From Truepera sp. (GTDB taxonomy: Bacteria; Deinococcota; Deinococci; Deinococcales; Trueperaceae), in NCBI GenBank assembly GCA_965215315.1, contig CBDCDB010000008.1:441515-505514 (forward strand): a DNA stretch of 64,000 bases, in the 5' to 3' direction. A program made the position numbers and the translations under genes. Positions 37,623 through 46,073 of this stretch are shown piece by piece. Numbering within the stretch: position 1 is the stretch's first letter; each line of letters begins with the position of its first letter. The notes under the pieces are model-generated. The model ran no database searches and was not told the origin of the DNA. It was given only the letters and a program-made list of their open reading frames with translations.

Positions 37623-38138
37623 ATGGAACAGCACTTTTTGACAAACCCGGACAAACTGCGTAAGCTCGTCGCCGCCGCAGGGATAAAATCAGGCGACCGG
37701 GTGCTCGAGCTAGGCAGCGGCGGCGGCACCGTTGCAGCAACCTTGCCCCCTTGTACCCTGACGCTCGTCGAGCTTAACGAGCGACTTGCTGAGCGTTTAC
37801 ACGTTCGTTTTCCTTCGGCAACCGTCATTTCAGGCGACGCTCTGACCGCTTTAGAAAAGTTAGAAGCTGACGTTACCTTGTCCAACTTGCCGCACAGCAT
37901 GACTCCGGCTGTATTAGCAAAACTCAACCGTAAAACGTTTAGGTGCGCCGTTGTTGCCGTTCACGGGAACGATAATATAGACGCTTTTAGGAGTAGGTTT
38001 AGCGCGTTGAGGCTCGAGCCCCTGTTCACCCTAGACAGACAGGACTTTACCCCGCCACAGCCGTTCTCTTCACAGCTGCTCTGGGTAACGCGCCGCTACT
38101 CACGGCAACAAAATTATGACGAAATGCAGCAGACCTGA
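37623..38138 (+). CDS. Short rRNA adenine N6-methyltransferase family protein (KsgA/Erm-like catalytic domain only, 171 aa)
   Basis: MEQHFLTNPDKLRKLV (QNFL-like), ..VLELGSGGGTV.. (motif I), ..SNLPHSMT.. (NLPY-like motif IV). Lacks the C-terminal substrate-binding domain. Confidence 0.55.
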   Translation: MEQHFLTNPDKLRKLVAAAGIKSGDRVLELGSGGGTVAATLPPCTLTLVELNERLAERLHVRFPSATVISGDALTALEKLEADVTLSNLPHSMTPAVLAKLNRKTFRCAVVAVHGNDNIDAFRSRFSALRLEPLFTLDRQDFTPPQPFSSQLLWVTRRYSRQQNYDEMQQT

Positions 38139-38144
38139 CAAACT

Positions 38145-39029
38145 CTAGCCACCCTCATTTAGCTCCGGCGAACTCCCCCAGCCGAGTTTGGTACGCAAAA
38201 TGTCAAAATAGCTGCGTTTACCCGATGAGATCAGCATAAAGTCGGTGGGCGCAGCGCAGACCGTAAACCGGTCGCCGGGGCGGAGCGGGTAGCGTTCGTG
38301 CGAATCGACGACGAGCGCAAGTTGCTCGACCGGGCTCGAGACCCGGAACCCCACCTGAGATGAGCCCTCTAAAACAACCGGGCGGTTCGTCAGTGCGTGC
38401 GGCGCGTACGGCGTCACGACGAAGGCCCGGAGCCCTTGACTTAAAATCGGTCCACCGAGCGAGAGTGAATACGAAGTTGACCCGACCGGCGTCGAGATAA
38501 TCAGGCCGTCCGCACGGTACTGCGAGGCGTGCGCTCCGTTGACGTCCATGTCGATATGAATCAGCCGGGTCATGACGCCCTGCGCGATGGTGACTTCGTT
38601 AAGGGCGTAGTAGGTATGTGCTTCACCGCCGTTTTCCAGATTTGGGGTGAGGGTAGCCTCGAGCATCATCTTGGGGTTGAGCTGCCAGCCGTCTACGGCT
38701 TCGCCCGCCAGATACGCCCGCAAGTCGGCGACGCTGTGTTCGGCCAGAAACCCGAGTTTGCCGAGGTTGACGCCCAAGGTCGGGGTGCGGCTGCCGACGA
38801 GCCGCCGCGCTGTCGAAAGCAGGGTGCCGTCACCGCCGAGGCAGATCACCAGGTCGGCTTCGGTGTCGGCGAGGTGCAGCGTGCCCTCGGCGTCTTCAGC
38901 AACGAACGCGCCGAGGTCGCGCAGCCGCGCCGCCGTTTCGGAAACGAGGTCATGGGCGTGCGGTTTGTAACGGCTACTCGTCACGATAACGCGGCGAAGG
39001 TCACACGCCGCAAGAGAAAAGTCTGCCAT
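38145..39029 (-). CDS. nadK: NAD+ kinase
   Basis: ..DLVICLGGDGTLLSTARRL.. is the GGDG motif; ..NEVTI.. and ..DGLIISTPVGSTSYSLSLGGPI.. conserved. Confidence 0.9.
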   Translation of the reverse strand: MADFSLAACDLRRVIVTSSRYKPHAHDLVSETAARLRDLGAFVAEDAEGTLHLADTEADLVICLGGDGTLLSTARRLVGSRTPTLGVNLGKLGFLAEHSVADLRAYLAGEAVDGWQLNPKMMLEATLTPNLENGGEAHTYYALNEVTIAQGVMTRLIHIDMDVNGAHASQYRADGLIISTPVGSTSYSLSLGGPILSQGLRAFVVTPYAPHALTNRPVVLEGSSQVGFRVSSPVEQLALVVDSHERYPLRPGDRFTVCAAPTDFMLISSGKRSYFDILRTKLGWGSSPELNEGG

Positions 39030-39724
39030 TACCGTTCACCGAGCGCACGCAAAACTTCTGTGACGACGCCCTCCAAGCTGAGCCCGCCCGTGTCGATATG
39101 CCGTGCGTCAGGTGCCGGGCGGAGCTGCGCTGCGTCTAGGGCGTCGCGGCGTCTCAGCGCTTCAGCAACACCTTGCAGGTCGGCGCGGCGCTCTCCGGTG
39201 CGGCGGGCAGCGCGCACTTCGGCAGGCGCGTCGAGGTAGAATTTGTGCGCCGCAGCCGGAAATACGACCGTACCCATGTCGCGCCCTTCGACCACGAATG
39301 TGCCGGTCAGGTCGCGGAGCCGCGCATCGACCCACGCCCGTACCGAGGGGTGTTGTGCAACCGCTGAAACTCCGGCGTCAACGGCGTCGCTGTGCAGATA
39401 TGCGTGAGGCAGCGTGTCTTTACCGACAGTGATACGGTTGGGAAGACCAATACGGGCCTCGAGTCCCACCCTCGAACTGCCCAGAAGTTGCGTGAGCGCC
39501 GCCTCATCCGTTAAGGAAACCTCATTCGACTGAGCCAGATACGTCGCGGCCCGGTAAAGGAGGCCGCTCGAGACGTACGGCACCCCCAGCGCCTCAGCAA
39601 CAAGCCGCGCCACGCTCGACTTGCCCGAGGCAGCGGGGCCGTCCAGCGTAACGACCTGTGCGGCAGTTTCCGTACCGGTTTCTGCAGTGTTCACACCATG
39701 CATCATAGCGGGCGCAAGGGTCAC
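39029..39724 (-). CDS. cmk: Cytidylate kinase
   Basis: ..VVTLDGPAASGKSSVARLVAEALGVPYVSSGLLYRA.. (P-loop + CMP-binding). Stop/start coupled to nadK (shared base at 39029). Confidence 0.85.
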   Translation of the reverse strand: MTLAPAMMHGVNTAETGTETAAQVVTLDGPAASGKSSVARLVAEALGVPYVSSGLLYRAATYLAQSNEVSLTDEAALTQLLGSSRVGLEARIGLPNRITVGKDTLPHAYLHSDAVDAGVSAVAQHPSVRAWVDARLRDLTGTFVVEGRDMGTVVFPAAAHKFYLDAPAEVRAARRTGERRADLQGVAEALRRRDALDAAQLRPAPDARHIDTGGLSLEGVVTEVLRALGER

Positions 39725-39731
39725 AACAGCG

Positions 39732-41012
39732 TCACAGTGAGGCCAATACCTGAAAGTATTCGGGAAACGTTTTCGTCACGCAGGCCGGGTTACGAATCAC
39801 CACACCCGGCAGCCGCAACCCGGCGAGCGCGAACGCCATCGCCATACGGTGATCACCGTAAGTGTCAATTTGTGCAGGTCTGGCATTTTCAGCAGCAAGC
39901 GGATGAACGACGAGAAAATCATGGCCTTCCTCGACCTGTGCGCCGAGTTTGGTGAGTTCGCGCGAGAGCGCCGTTAAGCGGTCGGTCTCTTTGATGCGCA
40001 GGTTCCAGACGTTTTCAATCCGCGTCGGTCGGTCGGCAAAAAGTGCGACGACAGCGAGCGTCTGCGCCTGGTCGCTCATATCGTTGAGGTCGAAGCGGCC
40101 GCCGCGCAGGGTTTCAGGTGCGGTCACTTCGCAGCTCTCGTCTGTCCACCCTACGCGGCAGCCCATCTGAGCGAAGACGTCGGCAAGCCGTTTATCCCCT
40201 TGAACCGAACTCGAGCCGACGTTTTCCACCCAAATCCGCCCGCCCGTAATCGCCGCCGCTGCCCACAGGTAGCCCGCCGCCATCGCGTCCCCTTCGACCT
40301 CAAAGGTGCGGGCCTTGTAAACGCCCGCTGGGACGGTAAAGCGGTTGTACCCCTCGCGTTTTACGGCGATGCCAAAGTCTGCCATCAACTTTAGGGTCAT
40401 ATCGATAAAAGGTTTTGATTGCAACTCGCCTGTAACCGAAAGCGTCACGGGCTCCGCTGCGTAAGGGGCCGCCAGCAGCAGCGCCGACAGATACTGCGAC
40501 GAACTGCTCCCGGCAACGTCCGCGTGACCGCCGCGCATTCCGGCAGCTTCGACAACGACCGGCGGGCAGCCCGTTTCAAACTGCGTCTGCGCCCGAACAC
40601 CAAGCGCCGAGAGTGCGTTCAGTAAATCCTGAATGGGCCGTTCCCGCATCCGTTCGTTGCCGTCCAGGACGTAATGACCCTTCCCCAACGCGACGAGCGC
40701 GGTTAGAAAACGGATCGACGTGCCGGAAAGCTGCAAATCGAGCTGCGCCGCGTGTGCGGGTATCTTGCCCCCTTGCCCGGAAACGGTGACGGTAGTGCCA
40801 CGCTGCGTCACCTCCAGCCCGAGCTTTTGCAGCGCCGCTATCATGACCGAACTGTCTTCGGCTAACAAACAGCCGCTCAGCGTCGTCTCACCGTCGGCGA
40901 GCGCGGCGACCGTCAACGCGCGGTTCGTCAGGCTTTTTGAACCGGGGACTTTGAGCGAGGCGTCGATAGGCGGTTTCGGGGTAATGGGAAGAGCGTCTGG
41001 AAAAACCTGCAT
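39732..41012 (-). CDS. aroA: 3-phosphoshikimate 1-carboxyvinyltransferase (EPSP synthase)
   Basis: ..LKVPGSKSLTNRAL.., ..LDGNERMRERPI.., ..DHRMAMAFALAGL... Start taken at MQVFPDALP (41010..41012); the ORF is open to 41063. Confidence 0.9.
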   Translation of the reverse strand: MQVFPDALPITPKPPIDASLKVPGSKSLTNRALTVAALADGETTLSGCLLAEDSSVMIAALQKLGLEVTQRGTTVTVSGQGGKIPAHAAQLDLQLSGTSIRFLTALVALGKGHYVLDGNERMRERPIQDLLNALSALGVRAQTQFETGCPPVVVEAAGMRGGHADVAGSSSSQYLSALLLAAPYAAEPVTLSVTGELQSKPFIDMTLKLMADFGIAVKREGYNRFTVPAGVYKARTFEVEGDAMAAGYLWAAAAITGGRIWVENVGSSSVQGDKRLADVFAQMGCRVGWTDESCEVTAPETLRGGRFDLNDMSDQAQTLAVVALFADRPTRIENVWNLRIKETDRLTALSRELTKLGAQVEEGHDFLVVHPLAAENARPAQIDTYGDHRMAMAFALAGLRLPGVVIRNPACVTKTFPEYFQVLASL

Positions 41013-41097
41013 AGGGTTCAGAATAGCATCCACCTTGCCCTCTGGTTTTGCCGCGCACGGCACGTAGGGGCTGGGAGCGCAGCTTTATAGTAAGTAA

Positions 41098-41520
41098 ATG
41101 ATTCCCGACAAGCTCCAGACGATTGTCCAGACCTTTCAGAGTGCCCCGAAACAGCTCCGGCTTCAGCTGCTGCTCGAGTATTCCAAAAAAGTTCCGCCCC
41201 TGCCCGAACATATGGCAGGTGGCGACCTCGAGCGCGTTCACGAATGCCAGACACCTTTTTTTGTCGCTACCGAAATCGAGGACGAACACGTCGCGTTCTT
41301 TTTCGACGCGCCCCCCGAAGCGCCGACGACGCGCGGGTTTGCTGGCGTTCTAGCGGAAGGTCTGAACGGCCTCTCCCCCGACGAAGTACTGGCGACGCCC
41401 GACAATTTCTACGAAGACCTCAAACTCGGTGAGGTGATTTCGCCCCTCAGACTGCGCGGCATGACAGCGATCATGGGGCGGCTCAAGCGGCAGGTGCGGG
41501 AACAGGCGGGGCTCGAGTAA
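41098..41520 (+). CDS. sufE: SufE-like cysteine desulfuration protein
   Basis: ..FQSAPKQLRLQLLLEYSKKVPPLPE..VHECQTPFFV.. has the conserved Cys in the xCQ motif. Confidence 0.7.
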   Translation: MIPDKLQTIVQTFQSAPKQLRLQLLLEYSKKVPPLPEHMAGGDLERVHECQTPFFVATEIEDEHVAFFFDAPPEAPTTRGFAGVLAEGLNGLSPDEVLATPDNFYEDLKLGEVISPLRLRGMTAIMGRLKRQVREQAGLE

Positions 41521-41578
41521 TCGGTAAAGTCAAGCCCAGCTTGCAGAAACCTCACAGCTTACAGCGTTATAAAAACGT

Positions 41579-42067
41579 ATGAGCAACCAAAACGAATACC
41601 AAAAACTGTGGGAAAAGATCAAAGATGTGCGCGTAGCGATGCTGACGACCTTAGAAGACGACGGCAGCTTGCGGAGCCGTCCGATGTACACCCAACAAGC
41701 CGAATTTGACGGCAACTTGTGGTTTTTTACGGCAGATGATTCAGGTAAAGTTGAGGAGATTCAACAAGACCGAGATGTGAATCTCGCTTACGCCGAACCT
41801 AAAGACAGCCTCTACGTTTCGGTATCGGGCAAGGCTGAACTCGTCCATGACCGGGCCGAAATAGACGAGCTGTGGAACCCGGCGCTTAAAGCGTGGTTTA
41901 ACGGTGGCAAAGACGACCCCCACCTCGCGCTCCTGCGTATCGGCGTCGTCGGGGCCGAGTACTGGGACGACAACCACAGCAAGATGGGGCAGCTTTTTGG
42001 GATGGCGAAAGCCGCAGTGACCGACGAAACCTATACGGGTACGGATCACGGGGTCGTTAAGCTCTAA
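41579..42067 (+). CDS. Pyridoxamine 5'-phosphate oxidase-like FMN-binding protein (general stress protein 26 family)
   Basis: ..VRVAMLTTLEDDGSLRSRPMYTQ..NLWFFT.. is the PNPOx-like split-barrel signature. Confidence 0.8.
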   Translation: MSNQNEYQKLWEKIKDVRVAMLTTLEDDGSLRSRPMYTQQAEFDGNLWFFTADDSGKVEEIQQDRDVNLAYAEPKDSLYVSVSGKAELVHDRAEIDELWNPALKAWFNGGKDDPHLALLRIGVVGAEYWDDNHSKMGQLFGMAKAAVTDETYTGTDHGVVKL

Positions 42068-42068
42068 A

Positions 42069-42187
42069 CTAGTAGCAGGTATCATCTGGTTTGAGCCAGT
42101 CCAAGCGAGTTAAATGTAGTCTGGCACGCACGTTCTGAGATGATTCCTGCGAGAACCTAGCTCAGTAGCGATGAAAAACGCTATAGC
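42069..42187 (+). repeat. Small dispersed repeat (SRE/MITE-like), copy E
   Basis: CTAGTAGCAGGTATCATCTGGTTTGAGCCAGTCC..TAGTCTGGCACGCACGTTCTGAGATGATTCCTGCGAG..AAAACGCTATAG; it begins 2 bp after the stop of the 41579..42067 gene. Confidence 0.8.
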
Positions 42188-42265
42188 TCTCAGCGCGTAA
42201 AGCGCAACCTTTCTTCCCTCCCGGCGAGACACTGTAGTAAAGTGACAAGCTTGGGAGGATTTTTT

Positions 42266-42628
42266 ATGCGGCGATATTTATCTTTTACGGTTTTGACGTT
42301 CCTGCTTGCAGCGTGTGGTGGGCAGCTTTCAGCAGGTGACGTCGGTGGGACGTGGACGGGAGCCGTGAACATTACGGGGGTTCCGCTTGAGCTCGAGCTG
42401 ACCCAGACCGGCCTCAGCCTCAGCGCGACCCTAAACGTAGGTCAGGACGCCGTTAAGATGACCGGAACAACTATTGAGAGCCCGACCGCCACCTTGATTT
42501 CGCTCACGTCGCAAGGTGCCGAGCCAGTTCGTATCGAAGCCAGTGTGGAAGGCAGTACCATGCTGGGAACCTTAGCCGTCGAAGCAACTGGAGACATCAG
42601 GGCAGGCCGTTTTACGGCGACAAGGTAG
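42266..42628 (+). CDS. Hypothetical lipoprotein (120 aa)
   Basis: MRRYLSFTVLTFLLAACGG is a lipobox signal; GTG at 42242 is an alternative start. Confidence 0.5.
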   Translation: MRRYLSFTVLTFLLAACGGQLSAGDVGGTWTGAVNITGVPLELELTQTGLSLSATLNVGQDAVKMTGTTIESPTATLISLTSQGAEPVRIEASVEGSTMLGTLAVEATGDIRAGRFTATR

Positions 42629-42704
42629 GTGCGTAGCTAAGTGCAGGTTGACCGTGGACAAAAGTTTCTAAAATCCACAGCCAACGCAACGTAAAAAGAG
42701 GACT

Positions 42705-43472
42705 TTAGCTAAAGCTTCCCCTGAGCGTCGAAACAAGGTAGACCGCGAGCACGAGTACAAGGAGGGCGAAGGTGCGGGTCAGACCGGTGTTACCCAGTTT
42801 AGGGGCCAGCCTGAGCGCTAAAGTAGACCCGGCGACACCGCCGACAATCATCGGCAAGGCGTAACCGAACGGCACTTCAGCGCCGCCGACAAGCCGCATT
42901 CCGAGCGCGACCAGGCTGTTTAGAGCAATCACCAGCAAGCTTGTCGGGACGGCCCGCCGCATCGAAAGACCTAGCGAAAGCAGGGCCGGAACGACGACGA
43001 AACCGCCGCCAACGCCAAAAAACCCGGTCGTCAGGCCGATGAGCGTTCCGGCAGCGAAGAGTTTGGGCAGCGGTGCAGGCTCTATGGGGGTTTCTCGAGC
43101 CCTACCCCGCTCACGCCACAACAGCTGCAACGCGACCCCTGCCATCAGCGCTGCAAACGCAGCGGTGAGCGCTCTAGGGTCTACCTGATGATTAAAAAAC
43201 GTTCCTAGAGCCGTTCCCAACAGGCCGCTGACGACCAGTGAGACAGCCGTGCGGTAAACCACGAGCCGGTCACGCATGTACGTAACGAGGGCGCTACTCG
43301 CATTTACCGCGACGATGACGAGGCTGGCACTCGTGGCAAAATGCGGTGAAACACCCAAAATACCGACCAAAATAGGCACAGTCAGGATACTGCCGCCGCC
43401 GCCGACCAGACCGAGCGCCAAGCCTACCGGCACACCTAGCAGCGTCACCTCGGCGAGCTCTATCAGGGTCAC
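42705..43472 (-). CDS. TauE/SafE family sulfite/organosulfur exporter-like membrane protein
   Basis: Eight TM helices, duplicated 4-TM halves, ..LGVPVGLALGLVGGGGSILTVP.. is the TauE/SafE signature. Confidence 0.85.
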   Translation of the reverse strand: MTLIELAEVTLLGVPVGLALGLVGGGGSILTVPILVGILGVSPHFATSASLVIVAVNASSALVTYMRDRLVVYRTAVSLVVSGLLGTALGTFFNHQVDPRALTAAFAALMAGVALQLLWRERGRARETPIEPAPLPKLFAAGTLIGLTTGFFGVGGGFVVVPALLSLGLSMRRAVPTSLLVIALNSLVALGMRLVGGAEVPFGYALPMIVGGVAGSTLALRLAPKLGNTGLTRTFALLVLVLAVYLVSTLRGSFS

Positions 43473-43510
43473 AGTAGAGTCACGGCAGGGTCATAGACAG
43501 GTCGGAAGGC

Positions 43511-44890
43511 TCATACAGCCTGCGCCGCTCGGCTACGCTGCCAGTTCAAAAACCCGCCCGCCAGCTCCTGAACATTCCGAAAGCCGTTCGCGCGGAGCAA
43601 ACTCGCGGCGGCGACCGAACGCGCCCCTGCTTGACAATGCACGACGATGGGAACGTCGGTCGGTAGGTCGGCAAGCTTTTGCAGCAGCTGTCCGGCAGGC
43701 ATCAGGGTCGCACCGGGGATATGCCCGTTTTCATACTCGGCGTTCGTCCTTACATCGAGAATGAACTTGTCTTCTAAAACGCCTAATTCGGTGGGCTCGA
43801 GCGCACCCATAGCCTGCGTCGGCAAACCTGCCAGACTCGTCAGAAAACCCGCTACGTTGTCGAGACCGACACGCCAGAGTCGTTCGCGTAGTGCCTGCGC
43901 TTCCGGCGCGTTTTCAGCCAGCAAGACCAGCGGGCGCGTCTCAAGTTCCGGGTCGATAAACCAGCCCGCCCACGTCTCAAAAGTTTTGCCAGCACTCAGA
44001 TTGAGTGCGCCGGGCAATGAACCACGGTGATACGCCTCTCGAGAACGGGTGTCTATCAGAAGTTTGCCGGTTAGGTCGGCGGGCTCGAGACTCGCTAACG
44101 CTCCAGCTGGAACGGGCGCTGGGCCAGCCTTGTTCTGACGTTTCATCCGCCCGAAGTAACCCGGCGCGTCAGGTTGACCTTTGAGCAGTTCGCGCGTAAA
44201 CCCGTTAACATCGTCATTTTGCAGGTAGGGCGACCACCAGGCGAAGCGCCGCTCGTACCCAACCGTCGTACCGGAAACTGCGCCGAGCGCCTTGCCGCAG
44301 GCGCTGCCGCTGCCGTGTCCCGGCCACATCTGAACGTAGTCGGGAAGGGTCAAAAATGTATCGCGCAGGCTGCTGAACAAATCCCTTGCGCCCCCGAACC
44401 GGGTATCGGTGCCACCCGCCGCCTCATCCAGCAGGTCGGGCCGCCCCAAATCACCAACAAAAACGAAATCGCCGGTCAAAAGCAGCACGGGTTCCGCTGT
44501 ACGCGCCCCGTCAGAGACCAAAAAGCTGAGGTGTTCGGGTGTATGACCGGGTGTATGAAGCACCTCTAGCACAACGTTGCCGAGCTGTATCTCGCTCCCG
44601 TCTCGCAGCCCTTCGTGCGGAAAATCGTAACGCCAGTTTTCATCGCCTTCGTCACTCAGGTAGAGCGCTGCGCCCGTCCGGAGAGCCAGCTCCCGCGCAC
44701 CGCTCAAGAAGTCCGCGTGAATATGGGTTTCGGTAACGGCAACGACACGCAAACCGTTTTCTGCTGCGACGTCCAGGTAAACCTGAACGTCGCGGCGTGG
44801 ATCAACGACAATCGCCGTCCCCTCTTTTTGACACCCGACGAGGTAACTCGCCTGTGCGAGACCCTCGTCGTAGATTCTTTGAAAGTACAT
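43511..44890 (-). CDS. MBL-fold persulfide dioxygenase fused to two rhodanese domains (CstB-like)
   Basis: ..VTETHIHADFLSGAREL.. (HxHxDH), ..LHTPGHTPEH.. metal sites, then rhodanese domains ending ..HCQAGARSVAAASLL (Cys). Start at MYFQRIYDEG (44888..44890); the ORF is open to 45022. Confidence 0.85.
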   Translation of the reverse strand: MYFQRIYDEGLAQASYLVGCQKEGTAIVVDPRRDVQVYLDVAAENGLRVVAVTETHIHADFLSGARELALRTGAALYLSDEGDENWRYDFPHEGLRDGSEIQLGNVVLEVLHTPGHTPEHLSFLVSDGARTAEPVLLLTGDFVFVGDLGRPDLLDEAAGGTDTRFGGARDLFSSLRDTFLTLPDYVQMWPGHGSGSACGKALGAVSGTTVGYERRFAWWSPYLQNDDVNGFTRELLKGQPDAPGYFGRMKRQNKAGPAPVPAGALASLEPADLTGKLLIDTRSREAYHRGSLPGALNLSAGKTFETWAGWFIDPELETRPLVLLAENAPEAQALRERLWRVGLDNVAGFLTSLAGLPTQAMGALEPTELGVLEDKFILDVRTNAEYENGHIPGATLMPAGQLLQKLADLPTDVPIVVHCQAGARSVAAASLLRANGFRNVQELAGGFLNWQRSRAAQAV

Positions 44891-44966
44891 CGCCACCTCT
44901 TTCTTATCGTTTAGGATATACCCCCCACCCCTATACGTCAAATGGTGTTGAGGGATATAATCAGGT
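44891..44966. promoter_or_regulatory. Divergent promoter region between the CstB-like gene and the CsoR-family repressor gene; candidate operator
   Basis: GATATACCCCCCACCCCTATACG..GAGGGATATAAT contains G/C-tract repeats flanked by ATA/TAT, reminiscent of CsoR/CstR operators. Inference only. Confidence 0.35.
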
Positions 44967-45233
44967 ATGACCAGCGTACCTGCTATCACCAACCATGAGG
45001 CCGAAAAAGCCCGCATCGTCAACCGTTTACGGCGTTTGGAGGGGCAGATTCGCGGGCTTCAGCGGATGGTCGAAGAGGAGCAGAACTGCGTCGCGGTGAT
45101 GACGCAACTCTCGAGCGCTAAAAGCGCGTTGGACGCTGCTGGCGATGTGGTGCTCGAGACCTACGTAGCAAGGTGTCTAGCCCGCGCCGACGAACCCAAA
45201 GACCTCGTAAAACTCCTCAAATTGGCTCGGTAA
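44967..45233 (+). CDS. CsoR/RcnR-family metal/persulfide-sensing transcriptional repressor (CstR-like by context)
   Basis: ..RLRRLEGQIRGLQRMVEEEQNCVAVMTQLSSAKSALDAAGDVVLETYVARCL.. has the CsoR fold and conserved Cys residues. Confidence 0.85.
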   Translation: MTSVPAITNHEAEKARIVNRLRRLEGQIRGLQRMVEEEQNCVAVMTQLSSAKSALDAAGDVVLETYVARCLARADEPKDLVKLLKLAR

Positions 45234-45330
45234 CGGTTCAGTTAGGCCCAGCTCAGAAGCTGCAAACTCCAAACATTTCTGCTAAACTGTTGTGTTTGCA
45301 CGACCCAGACCGTGCGCTGAAAGGACGAAC

Positions 45331-45549
45331 ATGAAAAAAGATATTCACCCCAAAATGGTGCCCTGCAAGGTCTACTGCGACGGCGACGTGGTGATGGAAA
45401 CCTATAGCACCAAACCTGAACTGCGCGTCGATGTGTGGTCGGGCAACCACCCGTTTTATACCGGACAGCAGCGCTTTATTGACACCGAAGGGCGCGTCGA
45501 GAAGTTTCAGAAGCGCTTTGGTGAGTCGTACCGGCGTAACCGCAAGTAA
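45331..45549 (+). CDS. rpmE: 50S ribosomal protein L31
   Basis: MKKDIHPKMVPCKVYCDGDVVMETYSTK..NHPFYTGQQRF.. matches L31. The second Cys pair is absent. Confidence 0.85.
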   Translation: MKKDIHPKMVPCKVYCDGDVVMETYSTKPELRVDVWSGNHPFYTGQQRFIDTEGRVEKFQKRFGESYRRNRK

Positions 45550-45568
45550 GGTCAGGCAGATTTTGAAA

Positions 45569-45598
45569 AGAGGCTCGAGCATCCCCCGAGCCTCTTTT
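45569..45598. terminator. Bidirectional rho-independent terminator between rpmE (+) and NUDIX (-)
   Basis: AGAGGCTCG-AGCATCCCC-CGAGCCTCT followed by TTTT. Confidence 0.7.
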
Positions 45599-46073
45599 AC
45601 ATTAGTCTTGAACACGCGTCGTAGAGTCCAATCAAACGTTTGTCCAGTTCACTCAAATGACCAGGACACTGAACCCCAACTGTCTCTTGACCCCACCATA
45701 AGAACAGCTCGGCAATCTCTTCATTGGGCGTAAAAGGTTGCAGCGTAGAGACTTCACCGCCGTAAAGCGCACCCGCCGTGTTGAGTTTGCCGCTGACCTC
45801 GAGTTTTCCCAGCAACCACGCTGCTGAAGCGCTCTGACCTGTTTCTTCAAAAAACTCGCGGGTGGCAGCCTCTTCTGCGGTCTCGCCCGGATCAATAAGC
45901 CCACCAGGTAGTTCCCAAAGGCCCCGGTAGCGGTTATACACCAAGAAAAAGCCTTCCTGATGTTTGGCAATCATGACGGCAAACTCGAGCGGCTCGGCTA
46001 CATATCTTGTTGGCGTAAAACTCACCAGAGACCCGGCAAACTCGGTACTAAACGCTGTTGTTTTCGTCATCAC
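45597..46073 (-). CDS. NUDIX hydrolase
   Basis: Nudix box [23 protein letters not shown]. Its start overlaps the stop of the upstream histidine kinase. Confidence 0.8.
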   Translation of the reverse strand: MMTKTTAFSTEFAGSLVSFTPTRYVAEPLEFAVMIAKHQEGFFLVYNRYRGLWELPGGLIDPGETAEEAATREFFEETGQSASAAWLLGKLEVSGKLNTAGALYGGEVSTLQPFTPNEEIAELFLWWGQETVGVQCPGHLSELDKRLIGLYDACSRLM

